A stretch of 63,062 nucleotides of DNA, filler included. It is 5 parts of 5 records of this genome, joined end to end, with 100 filler letters (N's around TTAATTAATTAA, not from the genome) between each part and the next. Parts side by side here need not be neighbours in the genome. Positions count along the whole stretch, not along the records: positions 1 to 22,855 come from SRR2962707_671; 4 more parts are not named here. One strand, given 5' to 3'. Within the stretch, counting starts at the first letter, position 1; every line of letters begins with the position of its first letter. The notes under the pieces are model-generated. The model did no database searches. It saw nothing but the letters and a program-made list of their open reading frames with translations, and was not told the origin of the DNA. Positions 1-8,099 of this stretch are shown here, in pieces. The position numbers were made by a program, and so were the translations under genes.

Positions 1-264
1 TCCTGTCCAGAAATCTTCAATCGCAAACATCGATACATGCTCAACCCCATTCCGATCAAGAGAATATACTTTTAGGCACCCTTTTGTTACAAAGTACTCA
101 TACTTGGCAATTTCACCAGGCTGCATCACGAACTCCTTTCGCTTTGCACTGCCCTTCTTTAAGAGAGAGATATATAGCTCCTTCTCCTCATCATTTAGAT
201 CGATAAAGCGAGCGACGTTCTTAAGTATTAAATCATATGGGGATTCGGCAGCCTGATCTTCCAT
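1..264 (-). CDS. Crp/Fnr-family cyclic-nucleotide-binding regulator, 5' part only (runs off the window start)
   Basis: Not in the ORF track. Manual translation from ATG 264 is open to base 1: MEDQAAESPYDLILKNVARFIDL...KRKEFVMQPGEIAKYEYFVTKGCLKVYSLDRNGVEHVSMFAIEDFWTG, a typical Bacteroidetes cNMP-binding N-terminus. Confidence 0.85.
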   Translation of the reverse strand, partial: MEDQAAESPYDLILKNVARFIDLNDEEKELYISLLKKGSAKRKEFVMQPGEIAKYEYFVTKGCLKVYSLDRNGVEHVSMFAIEDFWTG

Positions 265-446
265 TTAGATTAAAAATAGGAGATAATAATTCAAAAAAGT
301 AAAACACTTCCCATGAGTCTGTAGGACTCAATGATAGTGAGGATTAAATTAAAGGTTTAAATTTCAAAAAATGTTATTTCGGCAAATTCACCCTTACTGA
401 TCTATTAAGCCGATGGATTAACTTTTTGAAATAGCTTAATTTTAAT

Positions 447-1142
447 ATGATGGAACTTAACAATATAAAAACAGCAAGACTAACAGGTATCTTGTACCTG
501 TTGGTCATTATCTGTGCAGGATTTAGCCAAGGCTATGTACGAGGCACCTTGTTTGTTCCCGGTGATCCGGAAACCACTTTGGCTAACATTGTGGCATCAG
601 AAGGCCTATTCAGGCTAGGACTGGCAACCGACCTCATTGCCTTTTTACTGGATGCAGTTATTTCCATTCTTCTGTATCAGCTGCTCAAAGAAGCGAATAA
701 AACCCTTGCGATCGTAGCAGCCACTTTTCGGCTTCTCGCCCACCCGGCCATTGCCAGTCTAAACTTGCTAAACCACTACATGGCGATCGAAACGGCGACT
801 TCCGGCGGGTATCTTTCCACATTGGGAATGGAACAGCAAGAAACCTGGACCATGCTCTTTTTGCAAGCCCACAATTACGGTTACTTATTAGCTGGTGCCT
901 TCTTCGGCATCCATTGTTTGTTGCTGGGAGTATTACTCTATAGGTCAAACCTGATCCCAAATATTTTTGGCATCCTGATGGTGCTGGCGGCTTTGGGGTA
1001 CCTGATTGAGACCTTTGGTAATATCTTGATACCGGGAAAGGAAGGCTTGCTGGCAAACATCGTTGGCTTCTCTGCTGCGATTGGTGAAGTTTCCCTGACG
1101 TTTTATTTGATCATTAAGGGAGTGAGGTCAAGTGACATGTAA
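447..1142 (+). CDS. DUF4386-like multi-pass membrane protein
   Basis: About 6 hydrophobic segments; N-terminal ARLTGILYL and LFRLG...D patterns. Confidence 0.75.
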   Translation: MMELNNIKTARLTGILYLLVIICAGFSQGYVRGTLFVPGDPETTLANIVASEGLFRLGLATDLIAFLLDAVISILLYQLLKEANKTLAIVAATFRLLAHPAIASLNLLNHYMAIETATSGGYLSTLGMEQQETWTMLFLQAHNYGYLLAGAFFGIHCLLLGVLLYRSNLIPNIFGILMVLAALGYLIETFGNILIPGKEGLLANIVGFSAAIGEVSLTFYLIIKGVRSSDM

Positions 1143-1236
1143 GATTAGAAATGCATATAAAGACGCAGCTCCGCAAGATTCGGGTGTTTTCCATTTATAC
1201 CCAACGCTAGTTTTACCTTCGTAAACAAGCACAACG

Positions 1237-2076
1237 ATGGAAACACAAAACAACATCAACTTCCAGCGAATCGAAAACGCTATCGGATACATCCGGGAAA
1301 ACTTCAAGCAACAGCCCAACCTTGATGAGGTAGCTGAACACGTACACCTGAGTCCGTTTCATTTCCAGCGAATGTTCACAGACTGGGCGGGTGTAAGTCC
1401 GAAAAAATTTCTTCAGTATATCAGTACAGCCCATGCAAAGAGACTTTTAAAAGAAGAGCAGGCTACCCTGTTTGAGGCCTCCTACGAAACGGGGCTTTCA
1501 GGAACCAGCCGGTTACACGATCTCTTCGTCAACATCGAAGGAATGACCCCAGCGGAGTACAAGAATGGAGGTAAGAATTTGTCTATCAACTACAGTTTCG
1601 CGGATAGTCCATTCGGAGAGATCATCGTAGCTTCTACGTCGAAAGGTATTTGTCATTTGGCCTTCTTTAGCAATAAAGCGGATGCGATGCATGACCTCAC
1701 AAATCGCTTTCCAAACGCAAGTTTCAATCAGCACCTGGATATGATTCAGCAGAATGCGTTGTTCATTTTCACACATGACTGGAGTAAACTCCACGAAATC
1801 AAGCTACACCTGAAAGGCACGGACTTCCAACTGAAAGTCTGGGAAACGCTAATCAAAATACCATCGGGTGGCCTTTCCACCTATGGAAAGATTGCACAGC
1901 AAATAAGCAAGCCCAAGGCATCACGAGCGGTGGGATCTGCTGTTGGGGATAACCCGGTCGCTTACCTCATTCCTTGCCATCGGGTGATCCAGTCTACCGG
2001 GCAAATTGGGGAGTACCACTGGGGCAGCAACCGGAAAACAGCCATGATTGGCTGGGAAGCTTCGCAAGCACAATAA
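1237..2076 (+). CDS. ada: AraC-HTH fused to methylated-DNA-protein-cysteine methyltransferase (Ada/Ogt type, without the N-terminal Zn domain)
   Basis: N-terminal HTH (LSPFHFQRMF...GVSPKKF); GTDFQ..VW; RAVG; active-site IPCHRV. Confidence 0.92.
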   Translation: METQNNINFQRIENAIGYIRENFKQQPNLDEVAEHVHLSPFHFQRMFTDWAGVSPKKFLQYISTAHAKRLLKEEQATLFEASYETGLSGTSRLHDLFVNIEGMTPAEYKNGGKNLSINYSFADSPFGEIIVASTSKGICHLAFFSNKADAMHDLTNRFPNASFNQHLDMIQQNALFIFTHDWSKLHEIKLHLKGTDFQLKVWETLIKIPSGGLSTYGKIAQQISKPKASRAVGSAVGDNPVAYLIPCHRVIQSTGQIGEYHWGSNRKTAMIGWEASQAQ

Positions 2077-2109
2077 GGGTCATTTTTTATACTAAAACTG
2101 CAATTTGTA

Positions 2110-2802
2110 ATGCATACATTACCCTGGGAGAAAATAGGCAAGTCCCTGAACGAAAGAGGCTTTGCCTCACTGCCTGCTTTAATTGATCCTAAAACCTGCG
2201 AGGAGCTGATCTCACTTTATCCCGAGGAAGGCATCTACCGAAAGACAGTTGTAATGGAGCGTCATCGGTTCGGGTTGGGTGAATACAAGTATTTCAACTA
2301 CCCACTGCCTACATTCATTCAGGAGTTGAGAGCAAACATGTATTCCCACCTGGTCCCCATCGCAAATCAATGGATGCGCACGCTTGGGATGGACATCCAA
2401 TATCCGGAAGATCATGAAACATTTCTTGACACCTGTCACAGTCAGGGTCAGCAAAAGCCTACACCCCTGATCCTGAAATATGGTAAAGGAGGCTACAACA
2501 CCCTGCATCAGGATCTTTACGGTTCGGTGTACTTCCCTATGCAGCTGGTGCTGTTTCTCTCAGACTATGGCTCGGACTATGAAGGTGGTGAGTTTGTAAT
2601 CACTGAGCAGGTGCCACGCTCACAATCAAAAGCCCTTGTAATCAAACCTCAAAAAGGTGACGCGCTTTTACTTGCCACTTCCTTCCGCCCCGTCAAAGGA
2701 TCGCGGGGATATTACCGTGCCAATCTACGACATGGAGTGAGCGAGGTGACCTCAGGAATTCGGTACACCATGGGGATCATCTTTCATGATGCCACAAGCT
2801 GA
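2110..2802 (+). CDS. 2OG-Fe(II) oxygenase, DUF2086-like
   Basis: HxD in LHQDLYG, distal His in RHGVS, Arg in RYTMGIIFHDA; FGLGEYKYF motif. Confidence 0.85.
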   Translation: MHTLPWEKIGKSLNERGFASLPALIDPKTCEELISLYPEEGIYRKTVVMERHRFGLGEYKYFNYPLPTFIQELRANMYSHLVPIANQWMRTLGMDIQYPEDHETFLDTCHSQGQQKPTPLILKYGKGGYNTLHQDLYGSVYFPMQLVLFLSDYGSDYEGGEFVITEQVPRSQSKALVIKPQKGDALLLATSFRPVKGSRGYYRANLRHGVSEVTSGIRYTMGIIFHDATS

Positions 2803-2803
2803 C

Positions 2804-3046
2804 ATGATCGCTCATCTATCCATCTCTGATCGAATGCTTTACCAGGCGATAAAGTCCGGTAAAATTCTGTGGGGAGGAAACAAACGTTTGAAAATATACG
2901 GGACGCTAAATTGCAGGTCAGGTAAACGAATACATAAACAAAACCGAGTGTTCTTTGTGAATGAGGATGAGGCTATTACAGCTGGCTATAGACCGTGCGG
3001 TCATTGTATGCGAGAGAAGTATAAATTATGGAAGAATAAGATTTGA
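2804..3046 (+). CDS. Stand-alone Ada-type metal-binding domain protein
   Basis: NRVFF..E.EA..AGYRPCGHC matches the Ada Zn-binding domain. ATG 2804 follows the upstream stop directly (track start is 2786). Confidence 0.8.
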   Translation: MIAHLSISDRMLYQAIKSGKILWGGNKRLKIYGTLNCRSGKRIHKQNRVFFVNEDEAITAGYRPCGHCMREKYKLWKNKI

Positions 3047-3048
3047 AC

Positions 3049-3666
3049 ATGGAGTTGTTTGAGCGAGCCACCGATCCCGGGAAAAACTGGTTACCATATG
3101 ATGGTACTGTCAACTATTACGGTAAAATCTTCGATCCATCGGAAGCTGATCGCTTGCTTCATATTCTGCTGAGCACGATTGACTGGCAGCCCGATCAGGC
3201 CGTCATCTTTGGGAAGACCATCGTCACAAAGCGGAAAGTGGCCTGGTATGCGGAGAAGCCTTTCCCTTATCGCTACTCCGGAACCACCAAAGTAGCCCTC
3301 CCCTGGACGGAAGAACTTCGATTAATCAAGGAACTGGCGGAAAAGCACTCTGGTCATTTCTACAACTCCTGTCTGCTTAATTTGTATCATTCCGGCGAAG
3401 AAGGCATGGCCTGGCATAGCGATGGAGAAACGGAATTGAAAAGAGATGGAGCCATTGCCTCGCTGAGCTTTGGTGCCGAGCGTAAGTTTTCTTTTAAATA
3501 CAAGCAAACCAAAGAACGCATCGACTTGCGATTGGAGCATGGAAGCTTGATGGTAATGAAAGGGGTCACTCAAACACACTGGCTTCATCGTCTGCCACCC
3601 ACAAAAAAAGCCAACCACCCCCGTGTAAATCTAACCTTCCGACAGATGGGTAATAATCCCTCATAA
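3049..3666 (+). CDS. alkB: AlkB-family 2OG-dependent dioxygenase (ALKBH2/3-like)
   Basis: NSCLLNLY, WHSD (HxD), IASLSFG, H in WLHRL, RVNLTFR. Confidence 0.92.
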   Translation: MELFERATDPGKNWLPYDGTVNYYGKIFDPSEADRLLHILLSTIDWQPDQAVIFGKTIVTKRKVAWYAEKPFPYRYSGTTKVALPWTEELRLIKELAEKHSGHFYNSCLLNLYHSGEEGMAWHSDGETELKRDGAIASLSFGAERKFSFKYKQTKERIDLRLEHGSLMVMKGVTQTHWLHRLPPTKKANHPRVNLTFRQMGNNPS

Positions 3667-3683
3667 TCCACATTCTTACCACT

Positions 3684-3721
3684 CCCCTCAAGCGCGGAAG
3701 TTACTTCCGTGATCAAAGGGG
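3684..3721. repeat. Intergenic inverted repeat (REP-like or terminator-like hairpin)
   Basis: CGGAAG-TTA-CTTCCG (3695-3709) inside outer arms CCCCT...AGGGG; no U-tract. Confidence 0.5.
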
Positions 3722-3823
3722 TTAAGTCAGGGCAGGGAAAATAGTCCATCTGGTTGCGTTAAATATCCATTTTAAGACTCCTGCGGGGCATTGAAATTTG
3801 TGTCAAATTAAAATTCAATAATT

Positions 3824-4378
3824 ATGACACGATTAAATGCACTTGCGCCGGAAGCAGCTTCTGGCAAAACAAAAGAACTATTTAAAGGCATTCATGCCAA
3901 GCTGGGAATGGTCCCTAACATGATGCGAACAATGGGAAACTCATCCGCCGTATTGGATGGATATTTGGGTCTCAGCGCATCTCTTGGAAAAGGAACTCTC
4001 GGCGCGAAGCTGGGTGAGCTAATCGCAATGACAGTAGCAGAAACAAATGCTTGCAATTACTGTCTTTCTGCACATTCGTTTATTGGTGAAAAGCTGGTGG
4101 GAATGAGTCCCGAAAGCCTGACTGAAGCGAGAGAAGCAAACCATGCCGATGAGAAAATCAAAGCAGCACTACTCTTTGCCAAAACTTTGGTGGAAAAGAG
4201 AGGACAAGTAAGTAATGAAGATGTGATTGGAATTAGAAATGCCGGTTACACAGAAGGTGAAGTGGCTGAGATTGTTGCACATGTGGCACTCAACATTTTC
4301 ACTAATTACATAAACAACACGGCCAACACGGAGATCGACTTTCCGGAAGTGAAAGCGCACGAAACTGCTGTGGTCTGA
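3824..4378 (+). CDS. AhpD/carboxymuconolactone decarboxylase-family protein
   Basis: GMVPN and ELIA..VA..NACNYCLSAH (CxxC..H). Confidence 0.88.
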   Translation: MTRLNALAPEAASGKTKELFKGIHAKLGMVPNMMRTMGNSSAVLDGYLGLSASLGKGTLGAKLGELIAMTVAETNACNYCLSAHSFIGEKLVGMSPESLTEAREANHADEKIKAALLFAKTLVEKRGQVSNEDVIGIRNAGYTEGEVAEIVAHVALNIFTNYINNTANTEIDFPEVKAHETAVV

Positions 4379-4409
4379 TGGTAATTCTTAGTTAACAAAA
4401 TCTAAAATC

Positions 4410-4868
4410 ATGAAAAATTTCATTTTAACCATTGCTGTTGTAATTAGCAGCATAACTATTGCGCATGCACAGGTTCAGCCTGTTGATGAGAACGGTCTTG
4501 CGATCGGAGGATATGATGTGGTGGCATACTTTTCAAACACTGCAGAGAAAGGAAGCACTCGATACACTGCAACCTACAATGGGGCCACTTATCAGTTTAT
4601 TAACGCCCAGAATAGGGATGCATTCAAGAAGGAGCCGACCAGGTACTTGCCTCAATTTGATGGATATTGTGCATGGGGAGTAGCTGCAAAGGATTCCAAA
4701 TTTCCTATCAATCCGGAAACTTTTGATGTCATTGACGGAAAGCTGTATTTGCTCTTCAATGGAGATTTTGGCGGTGAGCAATTCAACACTGCTCCACTAT
4801 GGAATGCAGAGACTTCTAAACTAAAAGCAGCGGCTCATGAGAAATGGCCTTCTGTTAAAAATAAATAA
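4410..4868 (+). CDS. Secreted YHS-domain protein (Cys form)
   Basis: Signal peptide; GYDVVAYF, YLPQFDGYCAWG, IDGKLYL. Confidence 0.85.
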   Translation: MKNFILTIAVVISSITIAHAQVQPVDENGLAIGGYDVVAYFSNTAEKGSTRYTATYNGATYQFINAQNRDAFKKEPTRYLPQFDGYCAWGVAAKDSKFPINPETFDVIDGKLYLLFNGDFGGEQFNTAPLWNAETSKLKAAAHEKWPSVKNK

Positions 4869-4878
4869 TTACACTGCT

Positions 4879-4921
4879 GGTAAGTGAGCTGCGGAACCAT
4901 CAGGTTCTGCATTCACTGACC
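4879..4921 (+). other. Intra-operon stem-loop
   Basis: TGCGGAACC-ATCA-GGTTCTGCA with outer AGTGA/TCACT and GGT/ACC pairing. Confidence 0.5.
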
Positions 4922-4944
4922 CGCATAAAGAAAACCCTGCAACT

Positions 4945-5367
4945 ATGAATCAACTGGAAATCAAACCTCCTCTTCCTCCTTTTGACCTGGAGACCGCCAA
5001 ACAAAAAGTGCAAATGGCTGAAGATGCCTGGAACACCCGGGATCCTGAAAAAATATGTCTTGCATATACCATTGATACAGAATGGCGCAACCGAAGTGAG
5101 TTTCTAAATGGACGAGAGGAAGTAAAGGCTTTTCTTAAGCGTAAATGGGAAAAAGAGCTGGATTATAAATTAAAAAAGGAACTTTGGGGTTTTAGAGAAA
5201 ACCGAATGGCGGTTCGGTTTGAGTATGAATACCGGAACTCAGATAATCAATGGTTTCGTGCCTATGGCAATGAATTATGGGAATTTGACGAAAACGGCCT
5301 GATGCAAAAACGATTTGCCAGCATCAATGACCTACCAATAAATGAATCAGAAAGAAGATTAATTTAA
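4945..5367 (+). CDS. DUF1348 / SnoaL-like NTF2-fold protein
   Basis: PPLPPF..ETA..KV..AEDAWN; WRNR; W.RAYGNE.WEF; RFASIND. Confidence 0.9.
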   Translation: MNQLEIKPPLPPFDLETAKQKVQMAEDAWNTRDPEKICLAYTIDTEWRNRSEFLNGREEVKAFLKRKWEKELDYKLKKELWGFRENRMAVRFEYEYRNSDNQWFRAYGNELWEFDENGLMQKRFASINDLPINESERRLI

Positions 5368-5371
5368 CACA

Positions 5372-6265
5372 ATGGATATCCTGAACAATGACGAAAACTT
5401 AACGCTTGTAGATAAGCAAAACGGAAACCTGGCATTGAAGCTCTTCTCTTTCAATGACCTAAGCCGATTTGATCATATCCAGCGAGTTAATTATTATTCG
5501 CTTATCTGGATCAGAGAAGGAGCAGGTCAGGTAAAAGCCGACTTTTCGGAATACGAGTGGGATGCGGATTCATTGTTGGCGTTTACTCCCTATCAGCCGT
5601 TCATGCTCTCATCCAAAAAGCCTGTTCAGGGTGTCTCTCTAAACTTTCACCCTGATTTCTTTTGCATTCATAAACATCATGAATCTGTTGCCTGCAATGG
5701 GGTGCTCTTCAATAATATCTACGATTCACCTGTACTGAAGCTTGATGATGCCGTATCAAAGCAATTTCAGTCACTCATTAAGCAAATGAAGGATGAGATG
5801 ATGCATGGTGATCTTGCCCAACAGGAAGTACTGGTTTCATACCTTAAAATCTTTTTGATTGCGGCTTCACGAAAAAAGGTTCAGCAACAGCCAGAAAGTA
5901 TTGAAATATCTTCATCGATCGATTCTGAGCCTTACATTCTTCAAAACCTGAAACAACACATCGAAACGCATTTTCGTACCAAGCATTCAGCAAGTGATTA
6001 TGCGGATATGCTCAATATCTCACCAAAAGCACTGGCTAAAGCGACAAAGAAACACTTCAATAAAACGGTTTCTGACCTTATCTCCGCCAGAATCATCATT
6101 GAGGCGAAACGAGAATTGTATCTCACCGATAAACAGGTCAAGATGATTGCGAGTGAGCTTGGATATAACGATGAATACTACTTCAGTCGTTTTTTTAAAA
6201 ATCATGCGGATGTTTCTCCACAAATGTATCGTGAGACAGTGGGGTTCAATAGAGCTTCAGCATAG
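5372..6265 (+). CDS. AraC-family transcriptional regulator
   Basis: C-terminal HTHs (EAKREL...IASELGY.DEYYFSRFFK). Confidence 0.92.
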   Translation: MDILNNDENLTLVDKQNGNLALKLFSFNDLSRFDHIQRVNYYSLIWIREGAGQVKADFSEYEWDADSLLAFTPYQPFMLSSKKPVQGVSLNFHPDFFCIHKHHESVACNGVLFNNIYDSPVLKLDDAVSKQFQSLIKQMKDEMMHGDLAQQEVLVSYLKIFLIAASRKKVQQQPESIEISSSIDSEPYILQNLKQHIETHFRTKHSASDYADMLNISPKALAKATKKHFNKTVSDLISARIIIEAKRELYLTDKQVKMIASELGYNDEYYFSRFFKNHADVSPQMYRETVGFNRASA

Positions 6266-6404
6266 CCAACAGGTGAATCAACCCGGAGCTAACCTTCCGT
6301 AAAAAAATGATCTTATCCATTCGAATAACCACTCATCTATTTCTTGCTTGCCGATGCAAATCAAGTAGTGCAACTTTTGATTACAATCACAAACTCAAAA
6401 CAAA

Positions 6405-7538
6405 ATGAAAAAGCACTACTTACTCTCACTCTTATTTGCATTCACTCTTTTCACGTTTGCCCAAGCACAAACGGATCAGGCTATACAGGCAGCATTGGAT
6501 AGCATCCGCGAAGCATCCGATTTCCCCGGCGTGGTATTCACCTATATCGATTCGGAAGGTGGCGTTCATGCATTTGCCAGCGGCATGGCTGATAAAGAAC
6601 AACAAGTACCGATGACCATCGAACACAAGCTTCATGGTGGCAGCACTGGAAAAACGGTAGTATCAGCTGTAGTAATGCAGCTAGTCAGCGAAGGCCAATT
6701 ATCACTTGACGATAACGTTTCGAAATACCTTGGCAACTACAACTGGTATTCACGTCTGGCTAATGCGCCGGATATCACTATTCGTCAGCTTCTTCAACAC
6801 ACTTCGGGAATTGTGCGATATGAATTCAAGGAGGAATTCCTGGAAGACCTGGCGGCCAACCCATCACGTACGTGGAAGCCGGAAGAACTCCTTGCTTATG
6901 TGTTGGATGATGAACCACCATTTGAGGCTGGCAAAGGTTTTACCTATGCGGATACCAATTACATTCTTTTGGGTATGATCATCGAGCAGCTCACGGAAAG
7001 TACGTTCTATGAGGAAGCGGAAAAGCGAGTGTTAAAACCACTAGAAATCACCAGTTTCTCACCGACCAATACCAAAGTCATATCGAATATGGCGCAAGGA
7101 TATTACTCGGAAGGATCTGAATATGCACTCGGTTTTAAAGCACCATTTCTGGTAGATGGCAAGGCACAAAATAATATGCAGTTTGAATGGACCGGAGGTG
7201 GTTATGCTTACGAGAATGCAGACTATGCACGCTTACTCAAAAGCATTTATGAAGGTGAAGCCTTTGACATGGGAGCTCTTGAAGAGGAATTTTTCGATTA
7301 CGCCGATGCGGAGGAGATCGGTGGCATGTATGGACTTGGTGTGATTAAGTATGAGTTCCCCGGCCTGGGTACCTTCATTGGGCATTCTGGCTTTTTTCCG
7401 GGATACAATACTGCAGGATTCTACCATCCGGATACAAAACAGACTTTCACGATGCAGATCAATTCTACGGAAGCTCAGCATCTACAACAATTCTTTAGAA
7501 ACTACCTCGGATTGATTCGAATGATTCTGGCAGATTAA
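6405..7538 (+). CDS. Secreted serine hydrolase, beta-lactamase/PBP-like
   Basis: Signal peptide; SxxK (GSTGK), LLQHTSG, YADTNY, HSG. Confidence 0.88.
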   Translation: MKKHYLLSLLFAFTLFTFAQAQTDQAIQAALDSIREASDFPGVVFTYIDSEGGVHAFASGMADKEQQVPMTIEHKLHGGSTGKTVVSAVVMQLVSEGQLSLDDNVSKYLGNYNWYSRLANAPDITIRQLLQHTSGIVRYEFKEEFLEDLAANPSRTWKPEELLAYVLDDEPPFEAGKGFTYADTNYILLGMIIEQLTESTFYEEAEKRVLKPLEITSFSPTNTKVISNMAQGYYSEGSEYALGFKAPFLVDGKAQNNMQFEWTGGGYAYENADYARLLKSIYEGEAFDMGALEEEFFDYADAEEIGGMYGLGVIKYEFPGLGTFIGHSGFFPGYNTAGFYHPDTKQTFTMQINSTEAQHLQQFFRNYLGLIRMILAD

Positions 7539-7550
7539 AAAGTAAATAAA

Positions 7551-7592
7551 GATCAGCCCTCTCATCTCATTTGAGAGACGAGGGGGTTGATC
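7551..7592. terminator. Stem-loop after the serine hydrolase gene
   Basis: GATCAGCCCTCTC pairs with GAGGGGGTTGATC (two G-U pairs) around an inner TCTCA/TGAGA stem; no clear U-tract. Confidence 0.45.
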
Positions 7593-7703
7593 CATCCTAA
7601 ATAATATTTTCAAATTCAAAATGAACCGTTTTATCTATTATTAAACAAATAATGTTGTCAGTGGTAGTTAATTGTGATAATTTAAGTTTTTTAGTGTTCC
7701 CAC

Positions 7704-8078
7704 ATGAGTGACCTTAGTATCCTACTGATCGACGATGACCCATCCATCAACTATTTGAACAAAATAGTGATAGAAAGGGCCGAAATAGGTGCACGGGTTA
7801 TTGAGCATACTGATCCACAAAAAGTTCTCGAACAATTAAAATCAGGGGAGCTAAGGCCAAACATTATCTTACTGGATGTGAATATGCCTGAAGTAAATGG
7901 TTGGGACTTTATGTCTTCTCTTCATGATTTTCCTTCTGATTTTCAGCCTCCAAGAATTGTTTTACTTACTTCATCAATTAATCCTTCTGACAAAAAAAGA
8001 GCACAATCAGATGCATTGATCGATGCATTTCACAGTAAGCCATTAACCATCGAACTCGTTAAAGAAATAGCCTCTTGA
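7704..8078 (+). CDS. Single-domain response regulator
   Basis: LLIDDD, ILLDVNMPEVNGWDF (phospho-Asp), LTSS, KPL. Confidence 0.92.
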   Translation: MSDLSILLIDDDPSINYLNKIVIERAEIGARVIEHTDPQKVLEQLKSGELRPNIILLDVNMPEVNGWDFMSSLHDFPSDFQPPRIVLLTSSINPSDKKRAQSDALIDAFHSKPLTIELVKEIAS

Positions 8079-8099
8079 ATTTAACAGGATCACCCTACT

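Noticed and set aside
4410-4921. Possible selenoprotein, since the YHS family has Sec members and a hairpin follows
   Set aside because: The motif codon is TGT (Cys), there is no in-frame TGA, and the hairpin lies after the stop codon.
6405-7538. Beta-lactam resistance gene (also 43182-44276)
   Set aside because: The SxxK fold is shared by many esterases and peptidases; there is no class-specific evidence for resistance.
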